A DNA stretch of 64,000 bases from Octopus bimaculoides (lineage: Eukaryota): NCBI RefSeq assembly GCF_001194135.2, contig NC_068983.1:44060425-44124424 (forward strand), in the 5' to 3' direction. A program made the position numbers and the translations under genes. Positions 14,156 through 26,339 of the stretch are shown in pieces. The stretch's first letter is position 1, and each line of letters begins with the position of its first letter. Under the pieces are notes generated by a model. It saw nothing but the letters and a program-made list of their open reading frames with translations, made no database searches and had not been told where the DNA came from.

Positions 14156-15059
14156 TTAAGATTGATCTTAACATTAAGTGTTAAGTTCCATCTTGCTTGA
14201 ATTCCCAGTTTTTTGGTACGTGCCCAGGCTGTTTCTTCATATAAAAGGACTGACTCTACAGTTGTGTAAACTAAAGTATTATAAAATATAGAGTGCTATC
14301 TAAATACAGATCTATACATCTACAATAGGCATCTGAATGCAAGACTTTATTGCTAATAGCCCAAAATTATGTTAATTTTATCATTTTGCTTCTCTAATAT
14401 AAGACTATGATGGAGAAGGAAGCTCTGTGAAAGAGAATGGGAGGGCTACTTGCACATGGCATTAGAGTAATTTTGTTAACAAATCTCAGTGGGAAACTTA
14501 TTTGGATTATGTTTAACAAATATAAGTTGAATATAGTTTTTAACAAAGGATAGTTATAGAGAAATATTGCAACTGGGAACTGCTTGAGTAGAATATGATA
14601 GACATCTTGTACAAATTAGGAATATTAAGGAATATGATTCCATTAACCATTTTTTAAAAGAATCTGAAGTATTAAATCCATCAAATATAACAGTGAAAGG
14701 TTATGAACTCTTCTCTGTAGAAGCCCGAAGATTGTATAAACGTCTGTGTATGAATGTATATATGGGTGTATATATGTATGTATATGTGTGTGTGTGTATA
14801 TATATATATATATAAGTTCAAAAAAACAATAACAAAAAGACAACAAAGTGAGGACGTGATACGGATAGTGTTATTGGACGCTCCGGGAAAGGAAGGCAGA
14901 CAAACCACAAATCCCTTCAGGTAGATGGCCCTGCTCGATCTGTAGAAAAGGCATGGTACAACATAACCCTTCAATCATTGGGCAATAAGCTGCACTTGCA
15001 AAGACCTGTTGAAGCAAGTGAAATTGTTGTCGTGGCTGATGACAGTACCGCCTGATTGG

Positions 15060-15300
15060 CACCTGTGCCAGTGGCAAGTTAAAAGCACCTTTCAAGCATG
15101 ATTGTTGCCAGTGCTGCCTGACTGGCTTCCGTGCTGGTGGCACATAAAAAGCACCATTCGAATGTGGTCGATGCCAGTGCCACCTGACTGCTCCCATGCT
15201 GGTGGCACGTAAAAAGCACCATTCGAATGTGGTCGATGCCAGTGCCACCTGACTGCTCCCATGTTAGTTGCACGTAAAAAGCACCATTCAAGCGTGGTCA
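15060..15300 (+). repeat. 65-bp tandem sub-repeat within an RTE 3'UTR copy
   Basis: gctggtggcac(a/g)taaaaagcacc at 15133, 15198 and 15263 (period 65). Confidence 0.9.
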
Positions 15301-16949
15301 ATGGTTGGCTCTAGGAAGGGCATCCAGCTGTAGAAAACTGCCAAATCGGACTGGATCCTGACACAACCTTCCAGTGTGCCAGCCTAGTCAACTGTCCAAC
15401 CCATGCCAGCATGGACAACAGACGTTAAATGATGATGATATATATATATATATATATATATGACCTTTTGAACTTGTTTCTCCATGAAGAGGGATAAATT
15501 TTAAGCATGATCTGGAAGATAACTTCCTGCAATGATTTGTAAGCAAACAGAAGGACCAACTGTTAACCTGTGTTATCTTGTGGTGACCTATGGGGAGGGG
15601 TGTAGGGACAGTGGTGGTTGTTATGTGTGTGTGTGGTGGGAGAGCATTTGAGGATGGTGGTGTGTGTATGTGTGAAAGAAAGGAGCTTTCTCTTGACTCC
15701 TGTTATTAACCTTTTATTATCTAGTTGTGATCTATGGTGGTGTTGTGTGCTGTGTGACATAAAAGAGGGGAAGAGCTGAGGGTGGCTGTGTGTGTGTGAG
15801 TAGGAGGGGAGCATACAGAGGTGGGAACGTTCTGTCTTATCTTGTCTACCCTTTACTACATTCTTTTGAACTAATCTCCTGCATTCTGCTTCTTTGATCA
15901 CCTGTCTGTCTCACTCTCTCACACACACACACATGGCTTTTTTTCTGTCCGCTTCTCTCTCCCTTTTTTCTCTGTCCTCTATCTCCGAATCTGTCTTTAT
16001 GACTTCTGATATCTGGGGCTGGCTCCTTCTATGAAATGAGAAGTATGTTAGAAGGCTCGGATTCTCTTGTAACACACACACACACATATTATTTTCATGG
16101 ACCAGATATAGAGAAAGAAAAAAGTGGATTTGGTAGTCTATGATGGGTGGGGAAACTTTTTAGTGTGGCAGGCAAAAAATTCCAAAGGAAAAGGTCTGCA
16201 GGTGGATCACAAGTTCTAACTCTTATATTTGAGTAAATCTCGTATATATATCTCTGTATAATTTGATTTACATTAATAAAGATAAGTTTATTACATTAAA
16301 TTAATGCGTAACAGCTTCATTAATGCCATCACTGAATTTAGGACGTTTATATTACTTATAAGGTATTCTATATTTTTCAGCTAGTGTAGTTGGGTGTCAA
16401 GGGGGTGGTGCAGTTGTGCCTGCGGTCATGTCTAAGGGTCATGTCTCAGACCCTTAGATCAAATCTCTCCACTTCTTACTACTATTCCTTGGTCCCTCTT
16501 CTATTTCATTGTTTTCATATCTTTCTGATGTTTTTTCTTTCTCACCTTGTCCCCCCCCCCGGCTTTCTCTGGGGAGAGGGGGTAGGAAAATAAGTACTTG
16601 TTTGTTTTTTTGTAGACCTACATTGTTTCCCCCACCCCACCATTTTTTGTTGTACCTAAAGTAAAAGAATTCAATGTTTAGTGTCATCTGGGGGTGGGAG
16701 TGGTGTCAGTCACCACACAATAGTGTTAGAGTACAGTGCAAGGTGAAGATGAGTGCAGAAATGTGTGTGTGTGTGTGTGTGTGTGGGAGTGTACATACAT
16801 ATGTGTGTGTGTGTGTGTGTAAAATAAATGATTGCTTCATTGAAATCTCGAAGCAAACACATGGTATACACCAGTCCAAACCATGATGATAACTGAGGGG
16901 AAAAAAAAAAGCCGTAAAATGAAAACATTAAACTACCATTATTAATACC

Positions 16950-17195
16950 ACATGGTTTAGTGGTTAGGGTGTTTGACTCATCATTGTAGGATTGTGGTTT
17001 CAATTCTTGAACTGGGTGATGCATTGTGTTCTTGAGCAATGCACTTCATTTCACATTGCTCCTGTCCACTTAGCTGGCAGAATGGAGAAATCCTGCAAAG
17101 GACTGGCGTCTTGTCCAGGAGGGAATATATACACCACCGAAACCAGGAAACCAGTCCTATGGGTCTCTGTGACTCAGAAAAGGAGCTACAAATAC
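16950..17195 (+). mobile_element. tRNA-head SINE with V-domain-like segment (related copies ~905-1090 -, ~17230-17410 -, ~24300-24520 +, ~63870-64000 -)
   Basis: Box A/B-like head tggtttagtgg...ggtttcaattc; body cttgagcaa..cacttcatttcac; cctgc.aaggactggcgtcttgtccagg resembles the V-SINE domain. Confidence 0.55.
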
Positions 17196-18491
17196 CACTG
17201 GTGCCATCATCAATGCCTGGACATTACTGTCTCAAGTCCTAGGATTCGTTAGGCTGGTTACCTGGTTTCCATGGAGTTGAAGTGACTGAGACCACATTTC
17301 CCTCTGAACTGGAGTAATGTGAAATAAAGTCCTTAGCTCAAGAACACAGCCTGCTGCTTGGTCTTGGAATTGAAACCACAGTCTTGCAATTGTGAGGGCA
17401 ACAAGCTTACTTCTAGGCCACGCTCAATGACTGTGTAAAATATTGCATAAAGCATCCATGTTGACATCATGTAAGAACATGGAATCTGGTGTTGCCTTTG
17501 ACCTTGATAGCTCTTGCCCAACCCAGGCCAGCAAGGAAAACAGATGATGATAATGAAGACCCTGTTATATTTGTTCATTAATTTTGTTCTTATTAATCCT
17601 TATATTCAGATCTGATTGGGTGACCAATCTATTGAGAATTTCTATATGTCCTTGAGGTACAAAGGAGGCTTTTGGTGGTGAGGTAGGGGAGAATGTCGGC
17701 ATGCTATCAGTGGTGGTGGTGGTGGTGGTGGTTGGTTTTAGTTGGGGCGTAATTAAAATTGTGTTCAGCCATGGACATCCCATCTTATCTTTTAGATGCA
17801 ATTAATCTTCACTTCATTACCAATGTGTCCTTTGTTTTTATTAAAGGGTATTTTAGTTGTTATTTCTAGCATGGTAGGTAACTACATAAATGCTGCCTAA
17901 TTGGTACATATGTATACAAGACAATAGGATGTTATTTGAGGTGGGTTTAGCTGCTATTTCTTGCAGGTGAACTGTGGATAAGGCAATATTAGCAATGGGT
18001 AGGGAATGATATATATATTTAGGAAGGGCATCCAGCCATAGGAACCATACCAAATCAGACAGGAACTTGGTGCAGCTCTCTGGCTTACCAGTTCCAGTCA
18101 AACCATCTGATCCATGCCAGCATGGAAAGCAGACACTAAATGATAATGAGGATGATCTGGTACTTGTGCCAGTGGCACGTGAAAATACATTTGAGCGAGT
18201 TCGTTGCCAGTACCGCTGGACTGGCTCCTGTGCAGATGGCACGTAAAATACACCATTTCGAGCATGACCATTGCCAGTACCTCCTGACTGGCCTTCGTGC
18301 CAGTGGCACGTAAAAGCACTCACTACACTCTCGGAGTGGTTGGCGTTAGGAAGGGCATCCAGCTGTAGAAACTCTGCCAAATCAGATTGGAGCCTGGTGT
18401 TGCCGCCCGGTTTCACCAGTCCTCAGTCAAATCGTTCAACCCATGCTAGCATGGAAAGCGGACGTTAAACGACGACGATGATGATGATGAC

Positions 18492-18562
<71 letters not shown>

Positions 18563-19867
18563 GTGTGTGTTTTATATATTTGTGTGTGTGTGTATATATG
18601 TGTATGTACGTGTGCGATTACATATAAAATTGTGTGTGCATACGCATGCATGCACGCACACACATGAAATAAGGTTTGCCACATATGGCAGATTTATGGC
18701 TATTGTGCATTGTGAGATTGAACAGGTGAGGTGTAAGGTGGAGTAGCAGCAGCAGCAGCTATGAAAGGGACCCAAAGTGTAAAGTAGGATAAATGAATGA
18801 TAGGGCGGGGTGTTTCCTGCGTACCGGTGTGGCCTGCTGTTTTATTACTGGACATCAAAAGATTTGATTTATTTGACCAGTGGAGAAATAAAATAATTCA
18901 CTTTTGGTCACGCCCCCTTATTAAATATATTTTATGTCAAAACACAGAATTATCAAAGCTTTAAGGGCAGTTTATAAACTGGGTTTTTTTAATAAATAAT
19001 TGTGGTTGTTGTTATAGTTGTTTAACCTTGTGTCAACTCTGATCTCACAGACCTATTACAACCATGATCATGATCATCATCATCATCGTTTAACGTCCGC
19101 TTTCCATGCTAGCATGGCTTGGACAATTTGACTGAGGACTGGTGAAACCAGATGGCTACACCAGGCTCCAATCTGATTTGGCAGAGTTTCTACTGCTGGA
19201 TGCCCTTCCTAACGCCAATCTTGGACTACATTATCAAATCTTTTATTTATTATTTGCTTCATCCATTAGACTGCGGCCATGCTGGGGTACTGCCTTGAAG
19301 AATTTTACTTAAATGAATCGACCCCAGTACTTTACTTCTTTTTTTTAATGACTTGTATTTATTTTATCAGTATCCTTTGCAGGGCTGTTAAGACACCAAC
19401 ACTGGTTGTTAAGTTGTGATGGGGGACAAACACACACGCACACACACACACACACAATGGGCTTCTTTCAGTTTCCGTCTACCAAATCCATTCTCAAGGC
19501 TTTGGTCATCTATAATAGAAGACACTCAGTCAAAGTGTCATGCAGTGGGACTGAACCTGGAACTATGCGGTTGGGTAATAAACTTCTTACTGCAGGGCCA
19601 TGCTTGTGAACTACCTTTTTTTGTGTTGGTTAACCCCCTCAACCAGACAGACATCATAATTGTCATGTTTTAATGTTGACTTTTCCATACTGACATGGAT
19701 CAGATAAAATTCATTGAAGCAGATTTTCTTTGGGAAGATGCCCGTCCTGCCACCAACCCTCCTTTGTTTCCAAGCCAGACAGGGTTTCATGTCAGAGTGG
19801 AAACTTATGACATTGGTTGTATGACAGTGATGCTCATTTGCACCTACCACATGAGCTGAAGAATGCT

Positions 19868-19912
<45 letters not shown>

Positions 19913-20599
19913 AGTTTCTTTCAGTTTCTGTCTACCAAATCCACTGACAAGACTTTGGTTGGCTTGTGGCTATAGTTGAGGACATGTGCCAAGGTGCCAT
20001 GCAATGGGACTGAAGCCAAATCATGTGGTTAGGAAGCAGACTTCTTAACCTCACAGCCACACTTGCACCTCATCATCACCATAATAATAATAATAATGAT
20101 GATGGAGGCAGAGTGGCTGAGTTCCTTTAGAGCATTGGACCTCATGGAAGCAAAGTGACTGAGTTCCTTTCAAGTGTTTGGCTTCAAGGAGGCAATGACC
20201 AAGACCTTTGTGCTTGAGAAGAAGACCCATCAAGCTGAGCAAAGTTGCAGTCGTGGCAGATACTGGTGTCATGCAAAAGGCACTTATGCTGGTGGCATGT
20301 AAAAGCACCCATTACACTCTTGGAGTGGTTGGCGTTAGGAAGGGCATCCCGCCATAGAAAACCATGCCAAATTAGACTAGAGTCTGGAGCAGCCTTCCAG
20401 CTTACCAGCCCTGGTCAAACAGTCTGATCTGTGCCAGCATGGACAACAGATGTTAAATGATGATGTGATGATTATTGTTATATAGACATCTGAAACAACT
20501 AACATTAAACCTTGTCTCATTCTCTCTCCCTCTCTCATTCTTTGACTCACTCTCTTTTATATATTAACTTTAGGTTCTTGTAGCTGACTGAGAACAAAC

Positions 20600-20704
20600 A
20601 TGGGTAAACACAAGCACAACAAGAAAAATCGAGTGATGGTTCCGAATAAGAAGTGTGGTGTTCGGAAAACTTGTACGAAACCTGTAACTACAAATCTGAA
20701 GAAG
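20600..20704 (+). CDS. RBIS: RBIS/C8orf59-like ribosomal biogenesis factor, coding exon 1 (MGKHKHNKKNRVMVPNKKCGVRKTCTKPVTTNLKK)
   Basis: ATG at 20600 in AAACATGG context; phase-0 donor AAG|gtaagc; acceptor(s) at 20573/20583 indicate an upstream 5'UTR exon. The Lys-rich N-terminus and KPVTTNLKK match the motif I recall from human RBIS (KAKNKAKPVTTNLKK). Confidence 0.85.
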
Positions 20705-21162
20705 GTAAGCAATTTCAATCACTTTAACCCTTTTGTTATCATACTTCTGTTGAAATACACTGTTGTTGTTTCAATTAATTCTGAAAATAATGAAGAATTT
20801 AATAAAATAACTTTGTCATTATGAAGCTGATGTTTGGAAATGTAACTTAAAACAAAATTTTGATGGAAGGTTTTAATTTAGATTACTTTAAAATAGGATG
20901 TTTGTGTCCTAAAATCAGGATCAGTCACAGGTGGGTTGGGGTCCAAAGGGTTAATAATTCAACAAATAACGGAAGAGTTAAACAGCAGCTACATTAGCTC
21001 ACTCAGACTGTGTTAACACCTCCAACACATGACAGCATGGAAAGCAGATGTAAAATGATGATGGTATCTATACTATTAGCATCACCTGTAAAGGGAATAT
21101 TTAGAATGTATCTATAATCCTAACTTCATCTATACAGTGTATATATATGTATGTATGTGTGA

Positions 21163-22184
21163 GATCTATTCCATCTCAATCACAGATTTTTTAATTAATT
21201 TTTTTTAACTAAACAGTTTGAAACTTCGAATACTGGTAGAATTTCTCGCGTAGAACACGGTTTACTCTAAACATTTTTGACAAAATTTCATATTTTAGAA
21301 GTTAGTTTGTGTTAAAGTTGTCGTATTTGGGTAATTTCAACCAATCAATGACATGTATTTGGTTGAAGAAAGCTACTGCTGTTTGCGATAGTAATCAAAG
21401 AGGAACAAATTCCGAGTCATCTCTACTAAATGTCACCACTCTGTTCTATTTGTACGGCAGGTGAAGATGATGTCACCTTTATCCTTTCTTCCTTTCTAGT
21501 CAGCACCGTGCATTCCTTACTCTTTCCCTCCCTTCTGCACTAGCAACCAGCGAGCGAACTTGTCACTGCCACTGCAATTACCGTATTTTCCGGTGTAAGC
21601 CGCTATTTATTTTGTTTTGATAATGTTATTTTTTTTATCTAATAAAGACTTTTATATTGACGAAATGTGTTTGTTGTTGATTATAGTAAGATAAAATCAT
21701 GACAATAACAATACATCTCATAGTTGTAATATAAGACATTTTGAAACTACATATACTTCAACAACAAAAAAGATAACTGCAGACTTGTTGCTCTATAGGT
21801 CTTTTGAACACCGGTGTGCTTTATATGTGATAAAACACCAATGTTGGGCAAGCAAATAAATATATGTAAATAGTTTTTCTTCCTTCTTCGTGTTGATTCT
21901 TTGAATGGAGTGGTGACATTTAGTGGAGATGACCCAGCAGTCGTTCCTCTTCGAATTCTATCGCAAACAGCAGTAGTTTTCTTCAACTGAATACACGTCG
22001 TTGATTGGTTGAAATTACCCAAATACGACAACTTTAACATGCAATAACTTCTAAAATACAAAATTTTGTCAAAAACGTTCTGAGTAGTCTGTGTTCTATG
22101 CGAAATTCTACCAGTATTTGAAGTTTCAAACTGTTTAGTTAAAAAAAATTAATCAAAAAATCCGTGATTGAGATGGAATAGATC
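21163..22184. mobile_element. Non-autonomous long-TIR (foldback/Mutator-like) element, ~285-bp TIRs, in an RBIS intron
   Basis: 21163-~21447 is the imperfect reverse complement of ~21903-22184 (gatctattccatctcaatcac...gtcatctc.actaaatgtcaccactc). It sits in a TATG microsatellite, so the TSD cannot be resolved. Confidence 0.85.
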
Positions 22185-24706
22185 CTATGTATGTCTGTAT
22201 GTAAGGCTCAAAGCACCGCCCTCCCAGCTGAAGGGGTTTTTGCTTTGCAATTTACTTGGTGACCCTGTCCATGCTGGTGCCACGTATAAAGCACCCAGAT
22301 GCATTAGGAAAGGCATCCGAAACCATGCCAAAACAGACTATGGAACCTGGTGCAAGCTCAGACTGTCAGACTGTCCAACGCTTGCCAGCATGGAAAATGG
22401 ACATTAAATGATATCTACACTATTAACATCTTCTATAGTGTGTGTATATATATAGTAAATTGAAAAAAAACGAAGAACAAACACAAAAAAAACAGCAACA
22501 CGAGGACGTGGTACTTGTAAAGTATTAGCAGACGCTCATATATATATATATATATACATACACACACATATACATACAGTATTTCTATCTATACTATTAG
22601 CCTTGTCTATATACTGTATATATTTTCAATATTTAGGTATACACTATTAATGACATCTTTGGAGTGTGTAAATATTTACCTTATATTTATCTAGTCTTAA
22701 CCTCATCTATACAGTGTATCATCTTCATATACACCACTGTCACTTCCACTATCTCTGCCACCACCACCACTACCATCATCATCATTATCACTGCTACCAC
22801 CATCACCATCTGTCTGTCTGTCTGTCTTTTCCCATTGCTTCCATATTTGCCATACATATGTGGTGAATAAAATATTTACTGCTTCAAACCAGACACCTCT
22901 TTCCTTCTATTCAGATCCCATAAGATATTGATTTTTTTTAACAATCAAAATGAATTGATCTTATCAGGCCTGATTTGAAACCTGATTGCTAACATGACTA
23001 AGCTCTACTGATACATTGCACACAGTTGTCTCTTGTGAAGAAGTCAGGGAATCTTAGCTGAGTTTAGGAGTATCGGGTACAAACCCATGGATAATATGTC
23101 TCGCATTGTCAGTGAAGCAAATCTGAAGATCTCACCACAAGCCATGTTGAAGTTTTTGGTGAAATTAATATCTCTGATTTGTAATCCAGATTTTGTGAAT
23201 GTAGAGGGGCGTGGAGAAAGAGAGAGAAATAGAGAGAGGGTGCGTGTGTGTATCTCTTGTGAATGATCCTGGGTGTGTCTATCTTTACTCTCTCTCTCAT
23301 AAAACATATATATATACATGTATACACATGTATATACATGTATACACATCTGTAATTTTAGCTGTAATAGAGAAACGGGAATTAATAACATTTATCTATT
23401 TTGTCTCTCCTTTCTCTCTCTCTCTCTCTGTGATGAGTGACTCTCTATTACAATAACACCAGTAACAAAACTTGTGAAGTATTGATTGTTTGTTTGATAG
23501 GGACTGGCGTGTAGAACAATTGAATTTACTCAGCTCCACCCTGCTGCCATTGTTTTTTTGTTGCAAGAGAGTTTCTTTTGTGGTGGTAGTTGTTGCATCG
23601 ATAGTGTTGTGGTTGCAGTTGTATTGTTCAGTGTCTTGACAGTCTTTGTTGAAGTAGAGCTTGGCTATGAAACCAATCTGAGCTCTTATCAGCCCAGTCC
23701 ATTTAGATATAAGCAGGTATCATGTTGATGTACACTGTAAGCAGAGGGAGCACTATATCATTGTCAAGATCTCAAATCCTGCTGTGGGATCCATCTGAAG
23801 GAGATCGATAATTCCTTACCTGAAGTGGAAATGACTTAGTGCATATGTATATATATGTGCTGGTGGCAAGTAAAAAGCACCATTTGAGCATGGCTGATGC
23901 CAGTGCTGCTTGGCTGGCTCCTGTGCCGGTGGTACATAAAAGCACCCGCTACACTCTTGGAGGGGTTGGCGTTAGAAAGGGCATCCAGCTGCATATACCT
24001 TGCCAAATCAGATTGGAGCCTGGTGCAGCTTCCTGGCTTGCCAGTTCTCAGTCAAACCGTCCAACCCATGCCAGCATGGAAAGCAGGCGTTAACCGACGA
24101 CGATGACAGTGATGATGATATATATATATATACACACACACATACAGTTTGCCTTCTTACTCACCATTCCCTCGGCTCAAGATCATTGTCTACTCTCTGT
24201 TCTGCTTTCCCTCAGTTACAGAGGTCACTTACGAGCTTTAGCCTTTATGAGACAATCATCATAAGTGTTGGTGTAATCGAAAAAGTACCCAATACATTCT
24301 GAGTTCATTACACGGTAGCACATTGTGTCCTCGAGCAAGACACTTTATTTCATATTGCTCCAGTCTACTCAGCTGGCAAATATGAGTAGTGCCTATATTT
24401 CAGAGGGCCAGCCTTGTCACATTATGTCATGCTGAATCTCCCTGACACTACATTAAAGGTATGCATGTCTGTACAGTGCTCAGCCACTTTCATGTTAATT
24501 TCACAAGCAGGCTGTTCTATTGATCAGATCAACTGGAACACTCACCGTAACTGACAAAGTGCCAGTTATCCTTCCATACGTACATAGTTATATATATGCA
24601 TATATATATTATCCATGCTTTCTACTAACACTTTGTTTTGTTGAATTTACTGGAAAAGTGTTTTTGTTAGAATATGAAATTAATGTTGTTCTTCTATTTG
24701 TTCCAG

Positions 24707-24808
24707 TTGGTCAACAAAGCCAAAACACAGACTGATTCCATGAATGAGAACATAGATGAGATGCGTTCCATTATGCTGCAACAAAAAACAGAAACACTGA
24801 AGCCAAAG
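24707..24808 (+). CDS. RBIS: RBIS-like coding exon 2 (LVNKAKTQTDSMNENIDEMRSIMLQQKTETLKPK)
   Basis: Acceptor tttgttccag|, donor AAG|gttaga; 102 nt, phase 0-0, open frame; aligns positionally with the helical middle of RBIS. Confidence 0.85.
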
Positions 24809-24894
24809 GTTAGACAATACTTTTAATGTTAGTCAGAATCTTGAATCTGTGTTGAAGTTGTAACAGAATTAATGCCTTCAGATTCTACATAGAA

Positions 24895-25100
24895 GTGATA
24901 TCTTGGGGTTATAGACACAGGTGGTGTCTTGGGGTTACACGCAGGTGTTTTGGGGTTAAATACACAGGTGATATCTCGGGGTTATAGACACAGGCAGTGT
25001 CTTGGGACTGCACAAATGGGTGAATTGAGGTTAAGCATGCAGCTGGTGTCTTGGGAGGGTATCCTCAGCTGATGTCTTGGGTATTGACAGGTGATATTTT
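24895..25100 (+). repeat. 23-26-bp minisatellite (gtgatatcttggggttatagacacag) in an RBIS intron
   Basis: About 8 units, degenerating toward the 3' end. Confidence 0.85.
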
Positions 25101-25143
25101 GTGACTGTACACTCATCTTGAAATGGTACACCCTGATGCTTAA

Positions 25144-25822
25144 GGCAAGACTAATACCTCCGATTTCAGACAGCAACATCTCAGAAATTCATTAAAATGT
25201 GGATATTTTCCTTTTGTAGTTGGGCATTGTTGCAAAATCAACCATTTTCAGTGATTTTGTGTTTTTCTCAAAATAATATTTCTGACTATGAGTAGCAATC
25301 TTTAGGTCATGATATCTCCGAGAATAATTGATGTTATAGGCTGAAATTTTGCATGTGTATTACTTTGATACTTGCCTAGATACTGTTCTAGTGTGATTAG
25401 ATACACTTCATTTGTTCATCTTCCAGAGACACTTGAATTGAATGCTACTATCCAGGGGTTAAAAACGCTTGGAACTGCTGCATATGGCTACAAGCGACCC
25501 CACAATGAAATCTAGGCCAACTTCATCAATGTTTTTGATTCAGCATCTAGTCTGTACCCCAATCTGTTGGCATTCCAAGTTAGAGCGTATTAGCTTTGAT
25601 AGTTTGGTAGAAAAATTGATCTAAAATAAGCCTTGTTGGTCATTTTGAATTTATAATTAGGTCATGAATAGATAATGTGGAAATTTGAATATTATGTTTT
25701 TTCATGGAACTAACATTATTCTTGATATATGCCATATTTGGTTTGCCTGGGTTTTATTCCCGCTGAGTGAGAGCATCTTCAATTTAGGCGTGTTTTCCTA
25801 TGTCTTAGGTGTTAGTCTTGCC
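25144..25822. mobile_element. Kolobok-like non-autonomous DNA transposon in an RBIS intron
   Basis: 16-bp TIR ggcaagactaa(t/c)acct (15/16 match); left flank TTAA, right flank TTAG; GG termini. Confidence 0.65.
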
Positions 25823-26109
25823 TTAGGGCTATACTTGGGTAGTTGTCTCAGATGTGTACAACCAGCTCACATCTTGAGTATTATTTTAGGAACGAACAGT
25901 TAGCTCCTAAGGTGTGTACTGCTAATTCAAAACTTAGAACACTTGGGTGGTATCTCACTGCAGTACTTCAACCAGATGTCACCATACACACAGAAAATTC
26001 AGACTTGTAACAAGTGAAGTGAGAGCTAAAATCTAAAAGAATTTAAGAATTTGCAGTATTTGAATGTTACCATTATCAGTGATTCAAAGACTCTTTGTAT
26101 TTCTGCCAG

Positions 26110-26199
26110 GTTGTATCTCCTCCAGTAAAGACAACCCATACCTCTGATAAAGAAATCGAGGAAGTTGAGAATATGATGAATGGCATCTTACAGTCGTGA
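26110..26199 (+). CDS. RBIS: RBIS-like last coding exon (VVSPPVKTTHTSDKEIEEVENMMNGILQS*)
   Basis: Acceptor ctttgtatttctgccag|; phase 0; TGA at 26197-26199. Spliced product is 98 aa, close to the ~100 aa of vertebrate RBIS. Confidence 0.83.
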   Translation, partial: VVSPPVKTTHTSDKEIEEVENMMNGILQS

Positions 26200-26339
26200 C
26201 AAAGTAAGGTTACCTTTTTTTTTTTTATCCGTTCCATTTGATCTAAATTCTTCTCTGCCTTTCAAGTAGAAAGTGCTCCAAATTTTAAATGAATTAATTA
26301 TAATGGACATTATAACATTCAGTTCAAGACAGAAAATGA

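Noticed and set aside
14860-15300. Regularly spaced palindromic repeats resembling a CRISPR array
   Set aside because: The context is eukaryotic, the 'spacers' are near-identical, there are no cas genes, and the sequence is part of an RTE 3'UTR.
23041-23149. Open + strand stretch SQGILAEFRSIGYKPMDN...MLKFL in an RBIS intron
   Set aside because: It needs a phase-2 entry (the RBIS junction is phase 0), has a weak donor, and RBIS is already full length without it.
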